The notes: generated from the letters alone by a model not told the origin. Numbered from the stretch's first letter, positions 11,134 through 24,721 are shown. The stretch is DNA of 64,000 bases from an uncultured Collinsella sp. (GCA_958448275.1 CAUDDF010000003.1:13051-77050), one strand, 5' to 3'. Translations and numbers: made by a program.

Positions 11134-12906
11134 ATGCTGAAGAGGTTTCTTTCTTACTACAAGCCCCAGATGGGGCTTTTTGTTGCTGATACTGTTTGTG
11201 CTCTGGTGCTTGCCGCCATTGACCTGGCGTTCCCCATTATCCTGCGCAATTTGACCGGTGGGCTATTTACTCAGGGTCAGGCTGCCATTATGCAGGCGCT
11301 CGGCATGATCGCGGTGGGCTTGGTGCTGATGTATGCCGTCCGCTGCGCCTGCCGCTACTTTGTGAGCTATTGGGGTCACGTGATGGGTGCGCGCATGGAG
11401 TCCAAAATGCGCGAGGACCTGTTCGACCAGTATGAGCGCTTTAGCTTTGCGTACTTCGACCGCAACAGCTCCGGCGACATGATGAGCCGCGTGGTCAACG
11501 ACCTGTTCGATATCTGCGAGGCGGCGCACCACGTGCCCGAGTGGATCATCATCTGCGGCATCGAGATTATCGGCTCGTTTGTGATCCTCTTTACCATCGC
11601 CCCGGTGCTGGCGCTCGCCATGGCCGTGGTGACGGCGGCGTTTGCGGTCATCATGTTTTGGCAAAACATGCGTATGCGCGAGGTCTTTAGCGACAACCGC
11701 AAAAAGATCAGCGGCATCAATGCGCAGCTGCAGGATTCGCTGGCGGGCATGCGCGTGGTCAAGAGCTTTGCCAACGAGGAGACCGAACGCTTCAAGTTCC
11801 GCGCCTCCAACAATCGCTATCTTTCGTCCAAGGAGAACATGTATCACGCCATGGGCGTCTATACCGCGACGTATGGCCTGCTCTCGGGTGTGCTCTATGT
11901 GATCGTGGTGCTGCTGGGCGGCTGGCTGGTCGCCCAGGGACAGCTACAGGCGGTCGATATGGCGACCTTTGCACTCTATATTTCGCTGTTCTGCACGCCG
12001 CTTGAGACGCTCGTCAATTCGGCCGAAACGTATCAGAAGGCTATCGCCGGCTTTAAGCGTATGGACGAGGTGCTCTCGACCGCGCCGGATATCCAGGACA
12101 AGCCGGGCGCCACTGATCTGCAGGTGACTGCCGGCGCCGTGGAGTATCACGACGTGTGCTTTAACTACGAGGACGTTGAGCTGGGCGAGGGCTATGCCGA
12201 CGAGCGTCCCGTTATCGACCATATGGACCTGTCCATCAAGCCCGGACAGACCATCGCTTTGGTTGGCCCTTCGGGCGGCGGCAAGTCCACGACCTGTTCG
12301 CTGCTGCCGCGCTTTTATGACGTGGCTACCGGATCCATTAGCATCGACGGTCAGGACGTGCGCGATGTGACGCAGCAGAGCCTGCGCCGCGCCATCGGCC
12401 TGGTGCAGCAGGATGTCTATCTGTTTGACGGTACGATTGGCGAGAACATCGCCTACGGCAAGCCGGGCGCTACGGCGGAAGAGATCGCCGAGGCCGCCCG
12501 TCGCGCCAACATCGATGCCTTTATCGAGTCGCTTCCGCAGGGCTACGACACCGTGGTGGGCGAGCGCGGCAGCCGTCTTTCGGGCGGACAGAAGCAGCGC
12601 GTTGCCATCGCGCGCGTGTTTCTCAAGAACCCCAAGATCCTTATTTTGGATGAGGCGACGAGTGCTTTGGATAACGAGAGCGAGGAGGCGGTGCAGGAGT
12701 CGCTCGAAGAGCTGGCACGCGGCCGCACCACGATCATCATCGCCCATCGTCTCTCGACCATTAAGCACGCCGATGAGATTGCGACCGTTGAGCATGGTCG
12801 CGTTGTGGAGCGTGGCACGCACGAGGAGCTTCTCGCCCGTGGCGGCACCTATGCCCGTTACTATCGAATGCAGTTCGAAGGTGCGCGTGCGCACGAGCTC
12901 GACTGA
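11134..12906 (+). CDS. ABC exporter, fused permease/ATP-binding protein
   Basis: N-terminal TM domain; GPSGGGKST, LSGGQKQR, ILDEATSALD, IAHRLST. Confidence 0.93.
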   Translation: MLKRFLSYYKPQMGLFVADTVCALVLAAIDLAFPIILRNLTGGLFTQGQAAIMQALGMIAVGLVLMYAVRCACRYFVSYWGHVMGARMESKMREDLFDQYERFSFAYFDRNSSGDMMSRVVNDLFDICEAAHHVPEWIIICGIEIIGSFVILFTIAPVLALAMAVVTAAFAVIMFWQNMRMREVFSDNRKKISGINAQLQDSLAGMRVVKSFANEETERFKFRASNNRYLSSKENMYHAMGVYTATYGLLSGVLYVIVVLLGGWLVAQGQLQAVDMATFALYISLFCTPLETLVNSAETYQKAIAGFKRMDEVLSTAPDIQDKPGATDLQVTAGAVEYHDVCFNYEDVELGEGYADERPVIDHMDLSIKPGQTIALVGPSGGGKSTTCSLLPRFYDVATGSISIDGQDVRDVTQQSLRRAIGLVQQDVYLFDGTIGENIAYGKPGATAEEIAEAARRANIDAFIESLPQGYDTVVGERGSRLSGGQKQRVAIARVFLKNPKILILDEATSALDNESEEAVQESLEELARGRTTIIIAHRLSTIKHADEIATVEHGRVVERGTHEELLARGGTYARYYRMQFEGARAHELD

Positions 12907-12925
12907 TTGATATGACAGGAAGTTT

Positions 12926-13891
12926 ATGGCTGACAAGAACCCTTTGACTCCGGAAGAAGTGACGGAGTTATTCTCCGAAATCGATGCATCCGGTGTCTTG
13001 GATCCCACGCTCGCCAAAAAGCGTACCGAGCGCATGCGTGAGAAGGAGGCTGCGGCCAAGCGCGGTGATAAAGCGGCGCTAGCGCAGCTGCGCAGCGAGG
13101 ACCGCGCGAGCCAGGCAAAACATATCGACCCGCTGTCCGAGGACGATCCTTCGGGCTCGCAGGTGAGCCATACCATTACGAAGACCGCGATGGCCGTGGT
13201 CATCGGTATTTTGGTGCTGATCGTGGGCATGCAGATTGGCTACGGCGTGATGCGTCGTCTGAACACCGCCAACCTGTCCGAGAGCGTTTCGGTCGATACC
13301 GTTTCGACCGCGCTCAAGGGTGGCCTTGAGTGGGGTAACGGCTTTACGCAGTTCCCGCTCGATTTTACCGTCGATGAAGCCGATGAACGCACGGGCACGG
13401 TCGAGGTGACGGTGTTGGACACATCGTCTGCCAACGAGCTCGAGCTGCTGTCCAACGGGCAGATCCAGGCCGCGGCGCTTGCGACCAACGCGTTGCTCAA
13501 CGATAAGATCGACCGCGTGGTGTATAACGTTCACGCCTATATCGACGAGGATAGCAACATTCAGCACGATTCCTTCTTTGGCATGTTCCCCGCGCGCGGC
13601 CACCAGAGCGCCATTTTGACGTTCGTGTGGACCAAGAGCTCATCCAACGCCACGAGTATCGACTGGAAGATGCGCATCGTGAGTATGGACGACACCATCG
13701 CCGAGCGCATTCAGAAGCAGGTGAACTCGGTGTCGTCGTTGATTGAGGACCCGGTGGTGAGCCAGACCAAGATTGACGAGGAAAAGGCCGAGCGCGATCT
13801 GGAGCATCGTCTGCATGGCCGCGAGATTTTCCGCGGCGGCAAGCCCGATCGCACACCGTCCGAACTGCTGGAGCAGGACAAGAAAAAATAA
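12926..13891 (+). CDS. Hypothetical single-pass membrane protein
   Basis: 321-aa ORF, SD agga, one TM segment (AMAVVIGILVLIVGM), host-like codon usage. Confidence 0.7.
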   Translation: MADKNPLTPEEVTELFSEIDASGVLDPTLAKKRTERMREKEAAAKRGDKAALAQLRSEDRASQAKHIDPLSEDDPSGSQVSHTITKTAMAVVIGILVLIVGMQIGYGVMRRLNTANLSESVSVDTVSTALKGGLEWGNGFTQFPLDFTVDEADERTGTVEVTVLDTSSANELELLSNGQIQAAALATNALLNDKIDRVVYNVHAYIDEDSNIQHDSFFGMFPARGHQSAILTFVWTKSSSNATSIDWKMRIVSMDDTIAERIQKQVNSVSSLIEDPVVSQTKIDEEKAERDLEHRLHGREIFRGGKPDRTPSELLEQDKKK

Positions 13892-13898
13892 GACGCCA

Positions 13899-13938
13899 TC
13901 ATCCCGCGTGAGCCACAAGCCCCGCGGGATGATTTTTT
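13899..13938 (+). terminator. Terminator after the hypothetical gene
   Basis: atcatcccgcg ... cgcgggatgat followed by ttttt. Confidence 0.7.
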
Positions 13939-13956
13939 GGGACGGGATTAAAAAAC

Positions 13957-13978
13957 ATTATGCATAGAAAGTCATAAT
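13957..13978. promoter_or_regulatory. Candidate ARG box (ArgR operator) upstream of carA
   Basis: attatgcatagaaagtcataat resembles TGMATwwwwATKCA with one mismatch, in an AT-rich stretch. Confidence 0.4.
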
Positions 13979-14058
13979 TATCATTTCGTAAACATTTCGA
14001 TGAAATTAACGCCATGAGGCATGCTTGCGGTTACAATACCGCGAGGCCTAACTACACA

Positions 14059-14092
14059 CCTTTAAGCCGGTCCTGTGAGACCGGGAAGGAGA
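14059..14092 (+). promoter_or_regulatory. PyrR-binding RNA hairpin overlapping the carA ribosome-binding site
   Basis: CCTTTAA-GCCGG-TCCTGTGAGA-CCGG-GAAGG matches the PyrR site pattern (UUUAA, UCCNGNGAG loop); SD aaggag is in the 3' arm. Confidence 0.75.
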
Positions 14093-14095
14093 ATT

Positions 14096-15535
14096 ATGGC
14101 GAACAACCATACCGCGGGCGCTGCCGCCCGCACCTTCGCGCCTAGCGAGCTTTGCCAGCGTATGCTGGCCAAAACCAGCAAGGGCACCTGCGGTCCCTGC
14201 ATCCTGTATCTTGAGGATGGGACCATTTTTTATGGACGTGCATGCGGCGCTGAGGGCACCGCGACCGGCGAAGTCTGCTTCAACACCTCGCTCGAGGGCT
14301 ACTTTGAGGTCATGACCGACCCGAGTTATGCCGGCCAAATCGTAACCATGACCTATCCGCAGATCGGCAACTACGGTATCGACGAGACCGACGTCCAGTC
14401 GGCCTTCCCCGGCGACGCTGTGCGCCCTGCGAGCGCTCCGGCCATGCGCGGCATGATCGTTCGCGACATGTGCGCCACGCCTTCTAACTGGCGCTCGGCC
14501 GTCAGCGTGCCGGAGTACCTGCGCGCTCACGGCATCGTCGCTATCGAGGGTGTCGACACTCGCGCCCTGGTGCGCCACCTGCGCGACAATGGTTCCAAGA
14601 TGGGCATTATTTCGACCGAGATCTTCGACGTCGACGAGCTTGCCGAGCGTCTGGCCGCTGCGCCCACGCTGGTAGGCGAGAACCTGGTCAAGACCGTAAG
14701 TTGCCCCGTACCTCACGAGTTTGTGGCCGCCGACCTGCCTGCCACGCATGACTTTGCGCTTACGGCTGCCGCTCCTGCCCGTCACAAAGTGGTCGCCTAC
14801 GACTGCGGTGTGAAGCGCGGCATTCTGGAGGGTCTGGTCCGCGCCGGCTGCGACCTTACCGTCGTGCCGTGGGATACGCCCGCGAGTGAGGTGCTCGACA
14901 TGAATCCCGACGGTGTCTTTTTGTCCAATGGTCCCGGCGACCCCGACGCCGTGGTGGAGACCTACGAGCAGGTGCAGCAGCTGATCGGCAAGGTGCCGGT
15001 CTTTGGTATTTGTCTTGGTCACCAGATGATCAGCCTGGCCTGCGGCGCTCAGATGGAAAAGCTTAAGTTCGGTCACCGCGGTGGCAACCAGCCGGTCATG
15101 AACCTGGTAAGCCGCCGTGTGGAGATCACCGCGCAAAACCATGGCTTTGGCCTGCTGTTCCCCAGCTTGGGCAAGCTTGTCCCCGAGCTTTCCGGCGGCG
15201 AGACCGAGCATGCGGCCGATGGAGATCTGCGCGTCTGGGTGCGCCGCGGAATCGCGCCGGTCGTGATGAACGAGCGCTTTGGTCGCATTCGCCTGACGCA
15301 TGTGAACCTCAACGACGGCACCGCCGAGGGCATCCAGCTGCTCGACGCCCCGTGCTTCTCGGTCCAGTACCACCCCGAGGCCTCGCCTGGCCCCACCGAT
15401 GCCCACTATCTCTTTACCGCCTTTACGCGACTCATGGACGGCGAGGAGAACTACCTGGATATCGACACCGCGAAGGACCGCCTTGCCGGCTGGAACTTTG
15501 CTGAGTCCGAGACCGCTGAGACCGAGGAGAACTAA
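14096..15535 (+). CDS. carA: Carbamoyl-phosphate synthase small subunit
   Basis: [46 protein letters not shown]. Confidence 0.96.
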   Translation: MANNHTAGAAARTFAPSELCQRMLAKTSKGTCGPCILYLEDGTIFYGRACGAEGTATGEVCFNTSLEGYFEVMTDPSYAGQIVTMTYPQIGNYGIDETDVQSAFPGDAVRPASAPAMRGMIVRDMCATPSNWRSAVSVPEYLRAHGIVAIEGVDTRALVRHLRDNGSKMGIISTEIFDVDELAERLAAAPTLVGENLVKTVSCPVPHEFVAADLPATHDFALTAAAPARHKVVAYDCGVKRGILEGLVRAGCDLTVVPWDTPASEVLDMNPDGVFLSNGPGDPDAVVETYEQVQQLIGKVPVFGICLGHQMISLACGAQMEKLKFGHRGGNQPVMNLVSRRVEITAQNHGFGLLFPSLGKLVPELSGGETEHAADGDLRVWVRRGIAPVVMNERFGRIRLTHVNLNDGTAEGIQLLDAPCFSVQYHPEASPGPTDAHYLFTAFTRLMDGEENYLDIDTAKDRLAGWNFAESETAETEEN

Positions 15536-15536
15536 T

Positions 15537-18851
<3,315 letters not shown>

Positions 18852-18863
18852 TGTGACCTGTCC

Positions 18864-18948
18864 GGCCGGGGCGGGAGGCGGACACTTTCTCTCGGAAACT
18901 GGGCTTCGCGAAGTTTTCCGAGAGAAAGGACCGCCTCCCGCCCCGGCC
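18864..18948. repeat. Long GC-rich hairpin (85 nt)
   Basis: ggccggggcgggaggcgg..ctttctctcggaaa / tttccgagagaaag..ccgcctcccgccccggcc. Confidence 0.8.
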
Positions 18949-19021
18949 TGCGGTGACTTGGCTGCACCGTGTGCTGCCGAAGGGGCTTTGCGCGATGACT
19001 AGGGCTGAATAGAAAATGAGT

Positions 19022-19057
19022 GTGGGATCCGCCGTTCATTCGAACGGCGGATCCCAC
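19022..19057. repeat. Perfect 16-bp stem hairpin
   Basis: gtgggatccgccgttc-attc-gaacggcggatcccac. Confidence 0.8.
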
Positions 19058-19104
19058 GTTAATAATTCAGCCAACGTACGTCATGGCAATTCCCGGTAGG
19101 TCGA

Positions 19105-19196
19105 GGGTGCCCCGCGGCGGTCTGGTGTTTTCATCTGAACGACTTTGCGAAGCAACCGGAGTGAAGATGAAAACACCAGACCGCCGCGGGGCACCC
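19105..19196. repeat. Hairpin with perfect 32-bp arms
   Basis: gggtgccccgcggcggtctggtgttttcatct and its exact reverse complement at 19165-19196. Confidence 0.85.
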
Positions 19197-19289
19197 GCAG
19201 GCCGCAGGGACGGGAGAAGCTATACTACTCTCAGTAGTTAAGGGTCGCGGATCCGCCGCGTCGCCGCTCTCAACAGGAGGTCTTTGTTT

Positions 19290-19754
19290 ATGGCAGATCA
19301 AAAGCCGGTCGTCGGGATCATCATGGGTTCCAAGTCCGATCTGGGCGTTATGGAAGGTTGCACCGCCGAGCTCGAGGCGCTGGGTGTGCCCTATGAGCTC
19401 GTCATTGCGAGCGCACACCGCACGCCGGCGAAGGTCCACGAGTGGGCCTCGACTGCCGCCGATCGCGGTATCAAAGTGATTATCGCCGCCGCCGGCAAGG
19501 CTGCTCACCTGGGTGGTGTCGTGGCTGCCTTTACGCCGCTGCCGGTTATCGGCGTGCCTATGAAGACAAGTGACCTGGGCGGTATGGATTCGCTGCTGTC
19601 GATGGTGCAGATGCCTTCGGGTGTGCCCGTGGCCTGCGTTGCCATCAACGGCGCCAAGAACGCCGCTATCTATGCTACGCAGATCCTGGGCGCCTGCGAC
19701 CCCGAGTATCGCAAGGTTATCGAGAAGATGAAGCAGGAGATGGCCGACGCCTAG
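19290..19754 (+). CDS. purE: N5-carboxyaminoimidazole ribonucleotide mutase
   Basis: IIMGSKSD, SAHRTP, AGKAAHLGG, DSLLSMVQMPSGVPVA. Confidence 0.96.
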   Translation: MADQKPVVGIIMGSKSDLGVMEGCTAELEALGVPYELVIASAHRTPAKVHEWASTAADRGIKVIIAAAGKAAHLGGVVAAFTPLPVIGVPMKTSDLGGMDSLLSMVQMPSGVPVACVAINGAKNAAIYATQILGACDPEYRKVIEKMKQEMADA

Positions 19755-19789
19755 GCGTTCCGCCGTTTCACCGCAGTATAAGGAGAGCC

Positions 19790-20788
19790 ATGTCCGACTA
19801 TCAGGGAAAACGATTCAAGGCTTCTCAGATTCCCGATCCGTCGAAGCCAGGTGCTGCCCGTGCGGCACAGCAGGGTCGGACATCCTCTCCTCAGCAGCCG
19901 CGCGCGCCGCGTTCTGTAACGCCGACGTCCCATCGCCGTCAGGATACGCCGGCTGCGTATCGCCCTTCGTCTTATAGCACCGCTAAGAAGCCGCCCCGGT
20001 CTTCATCGCATGCCGCGCCGTCGGATTATACCGAGCCGCCGCGCAAAAAGCGCCGCTCCATCATTCCCATTCTGCTCATCATCATCGGTATCGGTCTGAT
20101 TGTTGCCGCCGCTGCCATCTTTATCAATGCGCAGATCGGTTACAAGCAGGCGAGCGAGTCGTACCAAAAGATCGAAGAGCAATATGCGCCCGCTAAGGAC
20201 GCCAGCGGCGTGCCGGTTATCGACTTTAATGCCCTTGCCCAGACAAATCCCGAGGTCGTCGGTTGGATTTACGCACCGGGCACCAACATTAACTATCCAG
20301 TAGTGCAGGCTACTGATAACTCCAAGTACCTCAACACGTTGTTCGATGGCACGTCCAACGCATCGGGTGCTATCTTCTTGGATTACGAGGACAATGCGCC
20401 CGGCATGGTGGATCAGCAGACTACGATCTATGGTCACCACATGAACGACGGATCGATGTTCAATGTGATCTCGGACACGACCGATCAGGCGACGTTCGAC
20501 AGCATAGAGTACGTGTATTACATCACGCGCGACGCCACCTATAAGCTGCGTCCGCTGGCGACCAAAGTTGTCGAGGACACGTATGCCAAGGCGCGCATAC
20601 CCAATTTTGAGGGCGACGACGGGCTCAAGAACTACCTGTCCGAGATGCTCGACGGTGCCTCTGCCGTGGCGAGCGATGCCACCGATCGTGCTGCTTCGGC
20701 AACCAAGGTCGTAACGCTTGTGACCTGTCGTTCGTTATCGCTGAGCAACACGCGTGCTGTCATGGTGCTCACGCCGGTCGAGGAATAA
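19790..20788 (+). CDS. Class B sortase with long disordered N-terminal cytoplasmic tail
   Basis: TM anchor; NPEVVGWI..PGTNINYPVVQ..DN..YL, GAIFLD, IYGHHMNDGSMF, TLVTC..R. Confidence 0.88.
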   Translation: MSDYQGKRFKASQIPDPSKPGAARAAQQGRTSSPQQPRAPRSVTPTSHRRQDTPAAYRPSSYSTAKKPPRSSSHAAPSDYTEPPRKKRRSIIPILLIIIGIGLIVAAAAIFINAQIGYKQASESYQKIEEQYAPAKDASGVPVIDFNALAQTNPEVVGWIYAPGTNINYPVVQATDNSKYLNTLFDGTSNASGAIFLDYEDNAPGMVDQQTTIYGHHMNDGSMFNVISDTTDQATFDSIEYVYYITRDATYKLRPLATKVVEDTYAKARIPNFEGDDGLKNYLSEMLDGASAVASDATDRAASATKVVTLVTCRSLSLSNTRAVMVLTPVEE

Positions 20789-20852
20789 GTTGTTCGAGAG
20801 TAGCTAAAAAAGCCCCGTTCCAAATTGGCTACTCGACGACGGTAAGGGAGAA

Positions 20853-21272
20853 ATGATGCTCGAGAACGGCAAATCGATGCCTTCGGTTGATGCTTGGCTG
20901 CGCGAAGCCAAGGCCGATGTTTCGGCGGCTGATTGTGGGATGTACCTGACACACAACGGTGTGGTGCGCGCGACGCCCAAGGCCGAAGTGCGCGGAGTCG
21001 AGACCGATGGCGTGGCGCCAGGCCACAAGGTGGGCGGCATGGTGTTTGGCTTCGATGCCGAAAAGGTGCAGGCCGCTATCGAGGCGACGCGCACGATGCC
21101 GGGTATCGGCTATGTGCGCGTGTGGCTGGCGAGCGGCGAGCTTACCGTGGGCGACGACATCATGCTCGTGCTCATTGGCGGAGACATTCGCCCGCATGTG
21201 GTCGATGCGCTGCAGTCGCTCGTCGGCACCATCAAGAACGAGTGCGTGAGCGAGGTCGAGCGCGAGGCGTAA
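20853..21272 (+). CDS. MoaE-like (molybdopterin synthase large subunit family) protein
   Basis: GMYLTHNGVVR, GELTVGDDIMLVLIGGDIR, IKNECVSEVE. Confidence 0.7.
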   Translation: MMLENGKSMPSVDAWLREAKADVSAADCGMYLTHNGVVRATPKAEVRGVETDGVAPGHKVGGMVFGFDAEKVQAAIEATRTMPGIGYVRVWLASGELTVGDDIMLVLIGGDIRPHVVDALQSLVGTIKNECVSEVEREA

Positions 21273-21305
21273 GGCCTCGTCGGCAATCCGAGTCTGTCTA
21301 TAGCG

Positions 21306-21347
21306 AAAGCCCGCCGGCAGTTCATGTAGATCTGCCAGCGGGCTTTG
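21306..21347. terminator. Bidirectional terminator between convergent genes
   Basis: aaagcccgccggcag ... ctgccagcgggcttt. Confidence 0.7.
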
Positions 21348-21378
21348 ATGTGTTGGAGCTATTTTGCTCTGGCGTTTG

Positions 21379-22608
21379 CTACACGCGTGTGGCGTCCTTG
21401 GGGCTCATGGTCATACTCTGAAAACGGTTCTCCATATATTCGTTATCGAAATGCTTGTCATAGAACTGTGCGACGGGAATATTTCGAACGGTTCCGTTGA
21501 CGCGCTGATACCAATAGTCGAGCGATTGCAACGTCATGACGCCGTCGATCAACATGACGGCGGTCAGGATGACGGTAGCAGAGTAGCGGCGTTTCCATGG
21601 AATCATATTGATGAGCTTAAGCAGGTGCGGCAGCAAGACCTTGATCCAGATGAGGCCACCCAGGCCCCACATGCAGGCAAACGGCGTGCATGTGCGTCCC
21701 CCGGTCAATACCGCGATGGGATCGGGCATGCCGAATAGCCTAATGTGTGAATAGCTCCACGACACCACGCCAAATGAGGTCTGCATAAACCAGCCTACAA
21801 ACACCTCGAAAGCGCCGCCGATCAGGGCACTTACCAGGAAAATGATCAGAGGATTCTTTTTATAGAAGCGGTTGAGCGCCATGGTCATGAGCACCGCGCC
21901 AAATCCGTAGATGGGGCTAAAGGGGCCAAATAGCATACCGGCACGGTCCTGATAGACGCCGGGATCGACGACGACCATATGCCAGACTTCCTCGAGAATG
22001 AGACCTAACACGCTGCAGACGAAGAATACCCAGAACAGGTTGAAGTAGTTGAGCTTGATGTAGCCCTCGCCGGTTTCGTCGCGGCCGAGCATCCCCTCGG
22101 CGGCGGCATCGCGGTCGAGCATCTCTTGCAGACGGCGCTGCAGTTCGCGCTCCTGGCGTAGCGTGGGGTCGACGGTGGCCGACAGCGCAATGAGGATACC
22201 GAGCTGAATGGCGGGGCGCAGCAGGAAGGGTCCGATACCCTGGAGCATCACGTCAACTAAAAGCTCCACGACGGTAAATGCGATGAGGACGTAAGACAGG
22301 CGGGCGGCATTGCGCCGCTGGTCCTTGATGAGGTCCAGGCCAAAGACGATCAAGATGATCGCGCTTGCCGCCGAGAGCATAATGCCGGCGACGATAAGGC
22401 CAACCGCGACCAGGGTGTTATCACCGAGTTTAGCGGCGGCGTTGCCGTTAATGAGTGCGGTGATGACCTGCCACATAAAGACGGCGACCGACGGGAGTGT
22501 GCCCACGCCGGACAGGATGCACAGGACGGCGTACACTTTAATGATGAGGGGAATCTTCTTGACCTCCGTGGCGCTGGGGACGCTGGGGTCGAGTTCGTTT
22601 CGATCCAT
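21379..22608 (-). CDS. Putative ABC transporter permease (CmpB/TMEM229-like) membrane protein
   Basis: FFVCSVLGLILE, RAGMLFGPFSPIYGFG, WSYS; multiple TM helices. Confidence 0.75.
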   Translation of the reverse strand: MDRNELDPSVPSATEVKKIPLIIKVYAVLCILSGVGTLPSVAVFMWQVITALINGNAAAKLGDNTLVAVGLIVAGIMLSAASAIILIVFGLDLIKDQRRNAARLSYVLIAFTVVELLVDVMLQGIGPFLLRPAIQLGILIALSATVDPTLRQERELQRRLQEMLDRDAAAEGMLGRDETGEGYIKLNYFNLFWVFFVCSVLGLILEEVWHMVVVDPGVYQDRAGMLFGPFSPIYGFGAVLMTMALNRFYKKNPLIIFLVSALIGGAFEVFVGWFMQTSFGVVSWSYSHIRLFGMPDPIAVLTGGRTCTPFACMWGLGGLIWIKVLLPHLLKLINMIPWKRRYSATVILTAVMLIDGVMTLQSLDYWYQRVNGTVRNIPVAQFYDKHFDNEYMENRFQSMTMSPKDATRV

Positions 22609-22893
22609 ACAGAACCTTTCTCGCTTTGTCCTAGGTTACTAGGATACGCCGCCGACCTGCTAAAAGACAGGACGAACGTCCCAATTGCAACTTTGCAATC
22701 CCCAACGGTGGACGCGGCGGCCATATGGGGGCGCGGGCGCTTGCACTGGGCAGACCAATAAAATGTTTGGCCGCAAAACGGATTATTAGCTCGGTGGGCT
22801 TTTAAAAAGCGCTGCTCATGCGCTGGGGAGCGCGTCGCGCCGTACGTATAATAAGGCGGGTAACGCCAAAATACGAGGCTCTGAGGGGATGCC

Positions 22894-24564
22894 ATGTCTC
22901 AAGAAACCATCCGCGCGCCCGAGCGCGCCGCGGGACAGGTGAACGCCATGTCGACGTATGATCCGGACTCTGACCAGCTGCATGAGGAATGCGGCGTTTT
23001 TGGTGTCTGGGCGCCCGATCGCGACGTGGCTCGACTGACGTACTTTGGCCTGCGTGCACTGCAGCACCGTGGCCAAGAATCGGCGGGAATCGCTGTTGGT
23101 GACGGCGGTACGGTTATGGTCCGCAAGGATCTGGGCCTGCTCGACCGCGTGTTCTCCAATGCCGACTTGTCGACGCTCTCCGGTCAGCTGGCCGTGGGTC
23201 ATGTGCGCTACGGCACCGCCGGCGCCAAGAGCTGGGAAGCCTCTCAGCCGCACCTCTCTACCATCAATAGCGTCATTATCGCGCTCGCGCACAACGGCAC
23301 CCTCGTCAACACCGACGAGCTGCGCCGCCAGCTGATCGAGCTGGGCGTGCCGTTCCTCTCCAACTCGGATTCCGAGGTCGCGACCAAACTCATCGGCTAC
23401 TTTACCCAGCGTACGGGCCACCTGCGCGAGGGCATTCGTAAGACCATGGAGCTCGTGCGCGGCGGCTACGCCATGACGCTCATCAACGAGCAGGCGCTCT
23501 ACGCATTCCGCGATCCGCATGGCATTCGCCCGCTGGTGCTGGGCAAGCTCGTGGACGAGGGCCTGGACCAGGCCGATGCCGCTTCCGTTTCGCAACTGCC
23601 GTCGCAAGACGACGCCGCGACGGTCGACGCTGCCACCCATGTCACCCGCGCCGGCGGCTGGGTCGTCGCTTCTGAGACCTGTGCACTCGATATCGTGGGC
23701 GCCGAGTACGTCCGCGACGTCCGTCCCGGTGAGATTTTGCGCATCAGCGCCGAGGGCCTTGTGTCCGAGCAGGGCGTGCCTGCCGCCGAAGAGCCTGCTA
23801 ACTGCATCTTTGAGCAGGTCTACTTCGCTCGCCCCGACTCCATCATGAACGGCAAGAGTGTCTACGCTTGCCGTTATGACATGGGTCGTCAGCTGGCACA
23901 TGAGGAGCCCGTCGAGGCCGACCTGGTCATCGGCGTGCCCGACTCCGGCCTGCCGCCCGCGGAGGGCTATTCGCACGAGAGCGGCATTCCCTTTGGCGAG
24001 GGCCTCATCAAGAATCGTTATGTGGGCCGTACGTTTATCGAGCCCACGCAGGAGCTGCGAGCCATGGGCGTGCGCATGAAGCTCAATCCGCTGCGCGACA
24101 ACATCGAGGGCAAGCGCCTGGTCGTCATCGACGACTCCATCGTGCGCGGCACCACCATGGTGCAGCTCGTCAAGATGCTGCGCAACGCCGGCGCCAAGGA
24201 GATTCACATCCGCATCAACTCGCCCGAGGTCATCTGGCCGTGCTTCTACGGTATCGATACCGACGTGCAGTCGCAGCTCATCAGCGCCAACAAGACGGTC
24301 GAGGAGATCTGCGAGTATATCGGCGCCGATTCGCTGGCCTTCCTTTCGGTCGAGGGCCTGCTGAAGGTCATGCCCAAGGGCGGCTACTGCGATGCGTGCT
24401 TTACCGGACGCTACCCCGTGGCGATTCCCGAGAGCTTTGGCCGCGACAAGTTCATGGAGGGCTTTAAGCCCCGCAACCTGGATAAGCCGCTGCATTTTGA
24501 CGACGACGCCGTGGTCGAGAAATACGATGACCGCAGCTGGGAAGAGGAGCACGGCGAGGCCTAA
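22894..24564 (+). CDS. purF: Amidophosphoribosyltransferase
   Basis: Propeptide followed by EECGVFG, LQHRGQESAG, GHVRY, VIDDSIVRGTT, PCFYGID, CDACFTG. Confidence 0.97.
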   Translation: MSQETIRAPERAAGQVNAMSTYDPDSDQLHEECGVFGVWAPDRDVARLTYFGLRALQHRGQESAGIAVGDGGTVMVRKDLGLLDRVFSNADLSTLSGQLAVGHVRYGTAGAKSWEASQPHLSTINSVIIALAHNGTLVNTDELRRQLIELGVPFLSNSDSEVATKLIGYFTQRTGHLREGIRKTMELVRGGYAMTLINEQALYAFRDPHGIRPLVLGKLVDEGLDQADAASVSQLPSQDDAATVDAATHVTRAGGWVVASETCALDIVGAEYVRDVRPGEILRISAEGLVSEQGVPAAEEPANCIFEQVYFARPDSIMNGKSVYACRYDMGRQLAHEEPVEADLVIGVPDSGLPPAEGYSHESGIPFGEGLIKNRYVGRTFIEPTQELRAMGVRMKLNPLRDNIEGKRLVVIDDSIVRGTTMVQLVKMLRNAGAKEIHIRINSPEVIWPCFYGIDTDVQSQLISANKTVEEICEYIGADSLAFLSVEGLLKVMPKGGYCDACFTGRYPVAIPESFGRDKFMEGFKPRNLDKPLHFDDDAVVEKYDDRSWEEEHGEA

Positions 24565-24610
24565 AACCTGCCATGTGGGGACAGGTTTATTTTGGTAGGT
24601 TTTACCTGCT
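24562..24610. repeat. GGGACAGG-core REP-like unit overlapping the purF stop codon
   Basis: taaaacctgccatgtggggacaggtttattttggtaggttttacctg, nearly identical to the reverse complement of 35668-35714. Confidence 0.75.
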
Positions 24611-24721
24611 GTTTTGTTGATATGACGGCGCGTGCTGTTATGGCGTGCGCCGAAATGAACGCAACTATGAGCACCGTTTGGCGCCCGCGCGGCGCCACGG
24701 TAGTGGGAGAGGAAGGCTCAG

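Noticed and set aside
22690..22760. Possible ZMP/ZTP riboswitch upstream of purF (GTGG..CCAT..GGGGGCG..CTGGGCA)
   Set aside because: The conserved GACTGGCG segment and pseudoknot partner are missing, and a TATAAT box lies downstream of it, so it is probably not in the transcript.
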